From positions 2,108,001-2,172,000 of the forward strand of contig OZ218962.1 in NCBI GenBank assembly GCA_965112735.1: a stretch of 64,000 nt of DNA, given 5' to 3'. The notes beneath the pieces were generated by a model. It was not told the origin of the DNA, ran no database searches, and saw nothing but the letters and a program-made list of their open reading frames with translations. A program made the position numbers and the translations under genes. This document shows positions 1 through 16,652 of the stretch, piece after piece (within the stretch, counting starts at the first letter, position 1; every line of letters starts with the position of its first letter). Origin of the DNA: Phaeosaccion multiseriatum (Eukaryota; Protista; Ochrophyta, other classes).

Positions 1-30
1 CTCTTCCTCTCGCATGACTGCACTTTACTC

Positions 31-1620
31 TCACGATGTCATCGCAAGACACGTCTCGGCTTGTTGCTGGCCGCTCACTTTTGCGTCCAGGTCTTGCTGG
101 CCGCTCGCTTTTGCGTCCAGGTCTTGCTGGCCGCTCGCTTTTGCGTCCAGTTCCGCAATCGTGGCATTCCAGGAAGCTTGATCAGGGAAACTCTTTTCAT
201 AGTACCGGTCTCGGTCTCTCCGGACGTCCGCAAATGACTTTAGCGAGGTGGTGAGCAGCGTCTGAAGGGGAAGCTCTCCAATGCCCCATTTGCCTTTGAA
301 CAGGGAGTCACGAGCGGACTTTGCCGAGTAGCGGACTCTGCCAAACACGGAGGATGGCTTGGGTCCGAAGGATAAATCGTACAGCGCTTTACCCTCGGCA
401 ACGGCACGCTGGGAGTATGCCAGTAACGCCGTATGCAGAGACTCGGTTTTACTGGCAGGGTCGTAGTGCTGTTGGAGGCAGTCAGCCAGTGTGGTTGAGT
501 CGACCAAGGCTGAATTCACGCCTTGACCCGAGACGCCACCGGTGGCATGGGCTGCGTCTCCGGCCAAGGCCGCGCAGCTGTCGTAGTGATAGGTGTTGCA
601 GGTGACTTTCGAGGCGTGCCCGGGCTCTCCCCTGGCCACGAGTTGCTCGGCCATGGACTGAACGTCGGTTCCTCCCTCCGCCAGCTTTGGATACCGAAGT
701 GTCAGTGCTTCGACCACAGCGGGAACGTCGCTCTCGGTAGTGGCTCCTGACAAGAGGATGTCGTCTTCGTCGCTTCCCGTGAACAAGACGCAGCACCGCG
801 CGTGGACGGTCGGCTGGACAAACGCTGTGACAGAACCCGCCTTTGGGATGAGGAGTTGGACAGCCTCAGGGTCCAAACCAACAGGCATGCGGTCCAGCAA
901 CACCACCTTGAAGACTCCAGGCAACCTCTCTTGTGTGGCCTCGAACTCCGACCAGGCCGTAGCGATTTTGTCTCTTACCGTCGAGAATACACCGTCGCAA
1001 CCGACAACCAGGTCGAAGGGAGTCCTTCGGCCTTTCTCGGAGGTGACCGTCTTGCTTTTGAGGCAAACGTCGGCCACGCCGCAATCAAAGCTCATGGTGA
1101 ATCTCCCACTGTCGCTCCATCGCGCGTCCAGCTCGTCGGCCAGGGCTCGGCACAGGTTGGACTGAAAGAGTAAGATGCTGGGCTCGACCAGAGCAGCTTC
1201 TTCTGCTGATTCCCCTCTTCCGTGTTTGCCATCCTCTCCCTCGCGCAGGCGAATACTCATGGGTCCCACCACCAGGATGAAGCTTTCAGACTCCCACCCC
1301 CGGTGCTTCACAGCTTGCCAGAGAGTCTCGTCCACACTCTTGATCGCTGTGCGTCCGCGAATGCCCAACCCGAGGGAGTAGGCCCGCTTCCCGAGAACGC
1401 CCCCAGGCCGGGCTCCCTTCTCCAATAGATTCACGGAAGCGCCTGACTGCAGCAAGCGGTGAGCTAGAAGTAGCCCCGATGGGCCTCCTCCCACAATGGT
1501 GACGCGCAAACCGTTCAGTGTGTTCGGTAAGGGGAGTACCGGTTCCGGTGTTGTTTTCGTCCCCCCATTCTTCCCCGACATCAAAAGGAAAGGAATAGAA
1601 AGTAAGCTCCACCAGAGCAT
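31..1620 (-). CDS. FAD-dependent monooxygenase, kynurenine 3-monooxygenase-like, single exon
   Basis: 529-aa ORF with Rossmann motif VTIVGGGPSG, DG motif DLVVGCDG and GD motif LAGDAAHATGGVSGQGVNSAL. Also RAYSLGLGIRGRTAI, similar to KMO, and a hydrophobic N-terminus. Confidence 0.85.
   Translation of the reverse strand: MLWWSLLSIPFLLMSGKNGGTKTTPEPVLPLPNTLNGLRVTIVGGGPSGLLLAHRLLQSGASVNLLEKGARPGGVLGKRAYSLGLGIRGRTAIKSVDETLWQAVKHRGWESESFILVVGPMSIRLREGEDGKHGRGESAEEAALVEPSILLFQSNLCRALADELDARWSDSGRFTMSFDCGVADVCLKSKTVTSEKGRRTPFDLVVGCDGVFSTVRDKIATAWSEFEATQERLPGVFKVVLLDRMPVGLDPEAVQLLIPKAGSVTAFVQPTVHARCCVLFTGSDEDDILLSGATTESDVPAVVEALTLRYPKLAEGGTDVQSMAEQLVARGEPGHASKVTCNTYHYDSCAALAGDAAHATGGVSGQGVNSALVDSTTLADCLQQHYDPASKTESLHTALLAYSQRAVAEGKALYDLSFGPKPSSVFGRVRYSAKSARDSLFKGKWGIGELPLQTLLTTSLKSFADVRRDRDRYYEKSFPDQASWNATIAELDAKASGQQDLDAKASGQQDLDAKVSGQQQAETCLAMTS
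62..150 (-). repeat. 30-bp tandem repeat x3 encoding the C-terminal (E/D)LDAKASGQQ
   Basis: ttgctggccgctc(a/g)cttttgcgtccag repeated three times. Confidence 0.9.
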
Positions 1621-1761
1621 TGACAGCGGCCCGTATCTTGAGCTGCTGTTGTTTTCTTTCTTTCTCTATTATCCTTATTTTTTTTGAGGTCCTTCCTTGA
1701 AGTTGCAAGTTGCCAAGTGTTGCCAAATGTGAATCGGTGGTTGACCAACTCCTCGTTCCTT

Positions 1762-2903
1762 TGACATTACTTTTAGACAACCATAGATGGCACTTAAGGG
1801 TGTAATATATATTAATGACCCTAATGACCCCACGGAACGCCTGAAAGCGATCCCACAGCAGGACGAACGGGAGAAGGGCCTGGCCGAGCCCTCAGCCACA
1901 GTGTGAAGGGGGCTGGTGGTTGGCTTCTTCTTCAGCCGACCAAGAAGGCAGGGGGAGCACTCCACCTCACGGATGCCGAACATAAGAGTGCCATTCAGAG
2001 AAGACTGGGCATCGACCCCACCTACAGCAGGGACTGCCATAAGTGCCCTGGCAAGGCGCTGACGGAGGGGCACATCATCACCTGCACGAAGACGGGGCTC
2101 AGCACACCCCAACACGACGCTGTGCAGAAGGCACTTGTCGCCCTGATGAAGAGCGAGGGCCTGGGCAGAGGGATAGTCCAGAACACCAGTGTAATATATA
2201 TATATATAGAACACCAGCTTCCCCTTCTTCATGAGGGCAAGAACGGTCACCCCGCGACGAGGGAGAGGGGGGAGCAACGCCGTGAGGGGTGACGCCCACG
2301 TGGCCAAGCAAATGGAGATGGACATCGTGACCCCCCCCAGGATGTTTGAGCTTCCATCCGACCACGAATATGGGGACGGCCACAAGTCCCTGATGATCGA
2401 CGTCACGCTCACTGATGCCACCAACATCACCAATCGTGCCAAGGCCTCGAAGGAGGCACTCGCGGCAGCCAAGAAGGCTGAAGCAACCAAGCGCACCAAG
2501 TATGGGGTGCCACAAGCCGGCATGGAAGGCCAGGGTGGAGATATCCACTATGACCCTACGAGGTACCACCTCGTCCCTTTCGGTATGGAACAACAAGGCG
2601 CATTTTGTCCGTCTGCCCAGGTGTTGATTAAAACACTCGCCACCCACATGGCTGGGGGGCACGAACATCTGGACATGAGGGCTTATGCGAGGGCTGTTTG
2701 CGTCATTCGGCGGCGATTGGCCGTTGCGCTCCAGCGGGCTCGACACGAAAGATCGATTCGACATAGGATCCTGGCTGGCATCAACTTTATGCCAATCGGG
2801 AGAACTGACGCATCGGAGGGATACGACCTCGGGGACTAAGTTCCCCGGGGCGGTGAGACATTACTTTTAGACAATCATAGATGGCACTTAAGGGTGTAAT
2901 ATA
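1762..2903 (+). mobile_element. 5'-truncated, degraded non-LTR retrotransposon with restriction-like endonuclease (CRE-like), family 1
   Basis: Translation gives ALSHSVKGAGGWLLLQP, a CCHC finger (CHKC...HIITC), QHDAV (RHD-like), MDIV...LMIDVT, K..KRTKY and LVPFGMEQQG, with a stop at 2839. The ~45-bp segment acattacttttagacaa(c/t)catagatggcacttaagggtgtaatat is present at both ends. Confidence 0.8.
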
Positions 2904-2971
2904 ATATCATACCCCACGAGTCCCACCCCCGCCCCATTAAGTCAATAAACAAATCCCATTTTACCCCCCAC

Positions 2972-3722
2972 AGCGAGACCCGCAAGGAGCGGCGGCACTA
3001 TGCCGGCACCTACGACCAAGAGCGTGTTCGCTGTAGGTGTATGGGCAGGACATCGACATTAGGTATCGAGAGGGTCGATTTTGGTATGATTCGGGACTGT
3101 AGGCGGGAGGTTATCGGGTCAGTGACAAGGCTGTGTAGTAGGCAAAGGAGTATCAGGACAAGGACACAAATGACATTGGGGCAGGTGTAGGGACACATTA
3201 GGAACGTCTAGCAAAAAGGTGATGAGCCGCACGCACATCTCATCTATCTTGGAGTGAGCGGTAGGTCTCTAGGAGGCTACTGAGAGCTGTTCCGGGAAGG
3301 GTCGTCACTGCCCTGGCTCGGAGGCTAACATCGCCTCACCATCTTCGCCATCGAGACCCACGGACGACTCGGCGCACAGGCGCAATCGCTCCTACACGCA
3401 CTCGCCGAGCACGTCGTCTCCCGCACGGGCCGCACCGGCTCCTCCACCACCAAGGGCCACGTCCTGACCAGGCTTCACCGCCTCGTCATCGATCGTCAGC
3501 TGCAGCCACCAGATGTGGCTCTCGGAGCGAGAGCGCGCCTTCCTGGGCCGGCTCAACCGCGGTGCTGGTCCTGCACCTCCCCTCCCCGCCCATCAAGAGG
3601 GGGTGTAACCGGTCCCTCGAGGGCCCCGGAGACACAGAGACACATGCACACGCACACACACACAAACACAAACACGCCAATTACACTTTCAGTTTCTTAG
3701 GTGATTCCCATTAAGTCAATAT
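2972..3722 (+). mobile_element. Second RLE-type non-LTR fragment (family 2), interrupted by an insertion
   Basis: ETRKERRHYAGTYDQE (2975-3022) joins in frame to RLTIFAIETHGRLGAQAQSLLHALAEH (3332 onward), a typical RLE C-terminal motif. Not present in the ORF track. Confidence 0.65.
3025..3330. mobile_element. 306-bp insertion resembling a solo LTR
   Basis: Termini TGTTCGC...GCTAACA. Removing it restores the frame of the surrounding RLE fragment. No TSD seen. Confidence 0.45.
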
Positions 3723-4433
3723 ATTATCCCCCCCCCCCCCCCACTAGGTAAACTTGCAATGGAACAGTACAGTGCATTTGGGGGAGGGGGGGATTTAAAA
3801 AAGTAGCAACAGCCATAAGCCGTGTTGAGTCTATTTCGACACCCCCATCCACTGCCATTCCACCCTCCCTCTATCGATTACGAATAAACACCCTAACCCC
3901 GCTCCTCCCGTCTCCCTCACCCTCATTATACATCCCTCACCTCCTCTATCTACAGTTTCACCAAATTTGGCCCCCATTCACATCATCCATCAGGTGGTGA
4001 AAGCCTCCCGTCTGTGCCTCGGCCTTTGAGTCATACATAATCCGTCAGCTTGTCTGTCCATCAGTCAAGTCGAGTCAAGGCAAGTCAAGTTCTGTCATGA
4101 CCCTTCTCGCTCACCCGCAAAAAGCCCTCAACCCACATAATAGAGACTGGAGAAAATATACCTCCCCCCTCGATACTCCTCCTCCTCCTCCTCCTCCTCC
4201 TCCTCCTCCTCCTCCTCCTCCTCCTCCTCCTCCTCCTCCTCCTCCTCCTCCTCCTCCTCCTCTTCCTCCTCCTCCTCATCCTCCTGCTCCTGCTCCTGCT
4301 CCTCCTCCTCCTTTTCCTTCTCCTCTTCCTCTTCCTCCTCCTCCTCCTCCTTTGCTCGGCTCTGGCACCGATGCACCGCAGCACCACAAACACTCCGAGA
4401 GGAAAAAGCTTTCACAAAGCTGAAATCGAAACC

Positions 4434-10338
<5,905 letters not shown>

Positions 10339-10850
10339 CTCTCTTCTCTGTTGTTTTTTACTATTTTCCTACCTTCTCTATCCTCCTTCTTCAATCTGCA
10401 CCAACCGCCGCACCCCAGCTGCTCTCTTTCCAAGAAGAGCGGCCACGTGTTACAAGCAGGCCTTGTGAGCGCGCTAGGAGGGGGAGGGAGGACCAACTGC
10501 GGAGCGGGCGGGAGAGAGGGCGTTTTAGCGGGAGAAAAAGGGCGTTTAAAAGCGGGAGAGAGGAAGGGGTGATTTGTGGATGTTAAAAGTGCGCATTCCT
10601 GCGTTTGCAGCTCGAATCCACAAAACACTAAACACAAAACACCCCACCTTAAACTCAACACAGAGCACCCAGCAATAATTTTTTCTTGCATCGGTGCAGC
10701 AAGAGCATCCAAGCACTCTCCGTCAACTGATCGCTTCCAGTCGACTGTCTCCGCGCATTGCAACATCTCCAGGGGTGCGTACACCGAGAATCTGCCCCCC
10801 CCCCCACCTCATCCACCTCAGCAACCTCAACCCAACAGCAAGCGAGCGAG

Positions 10851-12144
10851 ATGACCTTCCGGACCAGCAAGCTGTTCTTGGCACTGTGCGGTATCGGTAT
10901 CCTCAGCAACTCGGGCAGCCAAGCCTTTGTCATCCGCCCAGTGACCGCTCTGGCCCCGGCGCCTGTGGCGGTGGGAGCGGGCGAATCAAGCGCCCGGCAA
11001 TCCGCCACCGTGCCCAGCAGGACCAGCGGCAGCAGCCGAGTGACCGTCGGCAAGCGGAGGCTTTACTCCAGCTCGGAGGGAGGGACGGCAGCGGGGACGA
11101 TAACCCAGAACGGGGTGGTGACGGTGTACCACAAGGAAACTTGCCCGCACTGCAAAGAGGTGAGGGAGTCAGAATCAGTCGCAATACCCCGACGGACCGG
11201 ACCCACTCTTCTCTGTTGCCTGCATTTCTCTCCAATCGCCCTCTCTCTCTCTCTCTCTCTCTCTCCGCTCCCGTAATGTACCTGCTCCAGCGACGTGAGT
11301 CTTCATGCAGCTCCACACCCACCCACCGCAGGCACCCCCACTTACTCCATACTCCTTGCTGCTACTGTGCCATGTATCTCTTGGTGCTGCCGACTCAGGT
11401 GCTTAAGCTGCTGCGTGAGGAGTACTCGCTGGAGGTGGCGGCCGTGGACGTACTGGAGGGAGAGGACAGCGAAAAGAAGATTAAGCAGATGCGCACCTTT
11501 AGCGGAGGAAGAAACACGGTGCGTTAGTTAGGCTTTTGGCTTGCGTTGGGCTGTTTTTGATGGGGCGAAGCACGTTATGCCACGCCGTGGGTTGGGTGGA
11601 TGGAGGGGCGCCACAGCGGTGTGCAGGGCTTTGGGTTGAGTTGAGTTGAGTTGATTGTTGATGGGGCGAAACACTGTACGCTAGACTGAGGGCGGGGGGG
11701 AGAAAGTTTGGTTGGTTGTTGATGCCTTCCGTGGTTCCTGTTCAGGTTCTGCGCCGAGCAAAGCGGGGTACCGAATTCGGTACCTACGATAGCGAAGAGA
11801 AGAAGGAAGTTGTCCGCTCTAAATGAGTTGCGTGTCGAGTTACTCGTGAGGGTGGCCTCCTCGTGGGTACACACACCACACACCTCTTCTTCGCTAGTTG
11901 CTTCTATCCACCCAAGCAACCAACCATTCCAATCAACCAACCAAGCAACCAACTAACCAACCAACCATCCATCCATCCAACCAACCAACAGGTGCCGCAG
12001 GTGTTCTTCAACTCGGAGCACTTGGGGGGTAACGACGACGTGCAGGGGCTGCACAAGGAGGGCACGCTGCAAGCCAAGGTGGAGGAGGTGAGGGCTAACG
12101 AGCCCTCCATGATGAAGGACTCGTGGTATCACCCCTGGTACTGA
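10851..12144 (+). CDS. Glutaredoxin (dithiol CPHC), probably plastid-targeted. Exons 10851-11159, 11399-11518, 11992-12144
   Basis: CPHC active site, TVPQVF and GGNDD motifs assemble in frame across GT-AG introns. Signal peptide ending SQAF followed by a Ser/Thr/Arg-rich transit peptide. Confidence 0.92.
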
Positions 12145-13126
12145 GCTGCACCAGGTGCCGAGCCGAGCTCAGCTGAGCCTTACCCGACCGTGGCGACGAG
12201 CTGGGCGGGTGTGTGGGGGCATATGGGTGGCTGGGTGGTGGGCGTGGATGGGTGCGTGGGTGGCGTAGGTGCGGGTCTGCCCTGTCTGGGTTCGTCATGT
12301 ACAGCTGGGGGCGAAGAGCAGGCAGGACAGGCAAGAGGGAGGGAGGGAGGGAGGTGGCGGGGGGGGGGGACGTGGGTCAGTCACATGGTGTGAGGCGGGG
12401 AGTAAAGCACCAGCAAGTCTTCTGCCTGCTCGTGTTTCCTTCCGACCCTCTCTCTCGCCCGTGCGCGGGGTAGAGTACATGGTTGTGACCTACAGAGGTC
12501 TTGGGGAGGCAAGAGGGAAGGAAGCATGTACACCGCCTTGCAAGCGGACGGAGGAGGAGGGCCTCCGAGTCGAGAGGCAGGAGGGCCAGGAGGAGGGCGT
12601 GCTGCTGTGCTGTTGTGCTGGCTTGCTGAGGTGAAGGGGTGTGGGTGCGTGCTTCCTGCTTCGTTCTGTGAAGTGGAGGATGAGGGGCCTGAGCCGCTCC
12701 AATGCAACACTTGTCAAGGCATCTCTCAGACAAGTAACGACAGTACACACAAAATGGAGAGGCGTGGACCCACCCCGAGTCGGTTATAAATTTACGTTTA
12801 TTCTTTCGTTTAATAAAAGGTTTTAACGTCTAAAATGAACGTTGCAAATAATCAGGCGGGTTTTACACACTGCTGTCCGCCAGCAGCCCCCCAGAGCCGC
12901 CCCCCCCCCCCCTCCCGCACCCAACTGATAGGGGGGGGGGGCACGCTTAAATGCTGTTCGATAAAAACACTTGAAAAGTGCGGTGTTTGTACAGTACTCC
13001 ATCGACCCCAGAGACTGACAACGGTTGAGATGAATGACTTACAGGGTAAAGGGTGTGAAGGATGTGTGGCATGCATGTGCGTTATGTATGTATGTGTGTG
13101 TGTGTGGTGTGTACGCAGTCGTCTAT

Positions 13127-14913
13127 CTACCAGCCCTGTCCGGTGAGGGCTGGCACGGATCCGGGGTTGTAGTGCTCGCAGAAGAAAGCAGTCACGGCGA
13201 GCATGGCCTGTTGGTTGTTCAGCAGTGGGTGGGGGAATGGGGGGCGGTTGCGGGGGTTTGAGGTGAGTATCAGGACACACCCTTGACTTGGAACCATGTC
13301 ACCGGGGCCCAATACCCACGCACGCACGCACGCACGCACGCACGCACACACACACAAGCCAGATCGTCCAGCATATCAGGGAAGTAGGCTCAGCGAATCC
13401 GTTTGCGTGAAACATCTCACCCCCTACAAGAGTCATTTCTTTTTACTGACTTACCAGTCGGCCGTTCTTGAGCTCCTTGAGGCGGGTGGCGTCGGTGATG
13501 CCTCCAGCCTTCTTCTTGGCGTTGAGGAAGTCCCATCCGAGGTCACCTGCCTCTCTGTCTCCCTCTCCTGTGCATGTCGACAATGGCAGGGACACAGGTA
13601 CCGATCTTTGTCAGTCTTGCTAGTGCTTGCATTTGCGTCTGGATCGGCATCATGTATATATCTCTCATCGTATCCTGTGCTTTCCTATAGCACCTCCTTC
13701 ACTAACTTACCCTTCCACAAGTCCGCTGTGTCGGACTGTCCCTCTGCCAGGCCAATGGACATCAAGAGCTGCGCGAAACGAAACGACGACACCAGAAGGA
13801 GAGAAGAGACAACGCCCGCGTGAGTGATTGGTGGGGGTACATGATACCTCCTCGTAAATCTATGAGAACGAAAGGCACCCACTGACGAACAGTACCAACC
13901 GACGAACAAATGTACCATACCAACTGACCTGTGCGAATCCGAAGGGGTTCTTCTGTGCGAACTCCTGTGCCGCTTGGGTCCAGTCGCTGGTCTCGTAGCC
14001 GCAGCCGGGCAGGTGGATACCCGCGTGGGTGGTCACGATGCCGACAAAGGCAAGCATGCAGATGCGGCCTGAGAAAGGAGGAGAGGAGAGAAAAGGGCGT
14101 GGGTGGTGAGGAGAGAAGAGAACGAAGGAGGCTGAGGAGAGAGCAAGGAACGAAATTGGTGTGTATCAACCATCAACTCACCGTGCTTGAGCTCAGCCTC
14201 ACGCAGCCACTTGACATCAGCGCTGATTCCCATACCCTCTGTTCCCAGCCCCACCTCGGAGAGGCTGGCCAGTCCAAGGGGGTCCCATGGCTTATCCTTG
14301 GTCTTTGCGGCAAGAGTTATACAGTAAAAGAAGAGAAGTTGGACGGAGCAGGTGTATAGGCGAAAAGCTTAAGGGCATTATGGAGCTTGTAGAAAGGGAT
14401 TAGAGCTAGTGGAAGGCCCTCTCACGGCCCACTCTCTGTGCGCACACATGCTATGGGCCATCAGTGGAATGGCCTGGAAAACTGCGTACGTTGCAAAAAC
14501 AAAACCGCCTACTCTCGTACCTCGACAGAGGTTCCGACGTAGCCGTCCAGGGCGCCCATGGTTGTGGTCGCCTGTGCGAAAGGAAGGAACACACGCCAAC
14601 CACCAGCAAGGCAGAAAAACATGAGTTAGAGGGAAGTACGCGCCCTTTCGAGTGGAGCGAACACCCTCTCGGCCCTCCTCACTCCTTCCCTTCGACGGTG
14701 CCCTTCGAAGAGCCAGCTATTCTCCTGCAGACTCATAGCACCCCCAAGTCCTCATTCTCTGTTATTGCTCCTGGCTGGGCCTCTCTTCATCGCTGCACCG
14801 GTCCTCACCTTACTCCTGGGTGCCTGCTTGACGAGGCTCGCCACCTGCACAGAGGGAACGAAGGCGGAGGCGCACCCGAGGGTGGCCAGAGCGGCGACAC
14901 AGGCGGTCTTCAT
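13127..14913 (-). CDS. Light-harvesting complex (chlorophyll a/c-binding, Lhcr-like) protein, about 7 exons
   Basis: MKTACVAALATLGCASAF presequence. WDPLGLA, WLREAELKHG|RICMLA, GDLGWD and LKELKNGRL|AMLA motifs. Confidence 0.93.
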
Positions 14914-15183
14914 GGTGTTGAGTTGGAGTAAAAGGAGAGAGAAGGAGGGAGAAGGGGTACAATGGACGTACGAGTTGAGATGTGAGGATCGATTGAATTT
15001 GGGGATGATGTCATGTTGACAGCGAGGTGAAATTCGAAACTCTCGTGGGTGTCCGAGACGGCATGTGGAGGTGGCGCCGGGCCTCCACTTCCCAAACAAA
15101 TTGACCAGCCAATGGACCAGCCGCGCCTCGGGGTAGGAGACAGAACTCAGATCGTCTACTTCTGAGGATCCACCGCCCTTATT

Positions 15184-15684
15184 ATGTCTTCCACCAGTGT
15201 GGAGGTGTCGGCCGACCTGGCTAGGCGCATTCGCGAGAGTCGGCAGAGGCAGGGCGGCAATGGAGAGGGCACGGGCGGGAACTCTCCCTCTGTTTTCTCA
15301 GACCTGGTTGTGCTCCGAAGAGGCGAGACCTTGGCGAAGAAGCGGGAGGACACTGGGGAGGACGACAAGGCAGCGGTTGCGGTGGAAGAAGCGTCGAGGC
15401 AGCATCAGGATACCGACAGCGCCGCGCCTGCTCAGGCTGCGGATGGAAGAGGAGTGGAGGCGGAGGTGGGCAAGGAAGCGGAGAAGGACGAGGAGGAGGA
15501 CGAGGGGGGCGAGCGAGCCCAGGAAGTGCTGCAGTCCTCGATGCCCATTTCGACGTGGGAAGACATCGAGGATGCGACCTTTCACCTCGTGAAAGAAGGG
15601 GGGGATGCGGAGAAGGGGGGAGAGGAGGACAAGAGAGACGGCAGGGACGGCCCAGATGCTGATGGAAAACAAGACGGAAGAAGA

Positions 15685-15715
<31 letters not shown>

Positions 15716-16597
15716 ATGATCATGATGCCGACGGCGAGGGCAATGATGGCAATGATAAGGAGGGCCTGGATGGGATAGGGGAGGAGGAGGAGGAGGAGGA
15801 GGAGGGGGGGGAGGGAGAGGAGGGGAAGGAGGACGGGGAGGGCGGAGATGCTGCCGTGGAGGCCGCATCGTCTGCTATACCCTGTCCTCCGCCCCCGCCG
15901 TCCGCGGAGCCAGTGTTGCTGGTGAACATCACCGCCATCTGTGCTCGGGCCGGCTCGGGTTTCCAGGGAGACGTGGACGCCATGGTGGAGAGAGTGAAGC
16001 AGCGACTCGACGAGTCCTTCTGCGACGTGGTGGAGGAGCTGTTCCACTCCGGGGCAGGCTTGCACGCGACATCGACGGTGAGCCACAGCCGGAGCAGCGG
16101 AAGAAGACGGATGGAGCACTCTCTTCTCTGACTTTGCCACGTTGCCGCCCCTCCCTCCCCCCGTCCCTTCCTCCCTTCACCCCTTCCTCCTCCCCCCTTG
16201 CTTGCGGCCCAAATGCCAGCCCAATCAATCCGTTTTGACCCATTTCCCCAGTACCCAATGTCCATTTGCCCCCTCTCGACTCAATCACTCACTCACTCAC
16301 TCACTCACTCACTCCCTGTCCAACCATCCGCCGACCCCAACAGACGAGCGCTGCGCTTGTGAGCCGCCTAGAGGGCCTGAGCCGGGGTCACATCTACTCC
16401 GTGCTGCCCTATCCCACGGAGCTCGGAGGGAGGAAGGTGAAGGACATGTGGGCGGAGGTGGAGATCCCGTCCAAACATCGCTCTGTGGAGATGATCAAGA
16501 GGCTGCTGAGGTACGTAAGATTTCGTAAGATTAAGATGTAGGCGACCCTTAAGGCCAGTGTGCAAGTGTGTAGGCAGTGGTGGGGTGATGCGAGTGG

Positions 16598-16652
<55 letters not shown>

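Noticed and set aside
1762-1808. 45-bp repeat as an snRNA, rRNA or spliced-leader gene
   Set aside because: No match to RNA gene sequences I can recall. No tRNA or rRNA genes were recognised anywhere in the window.
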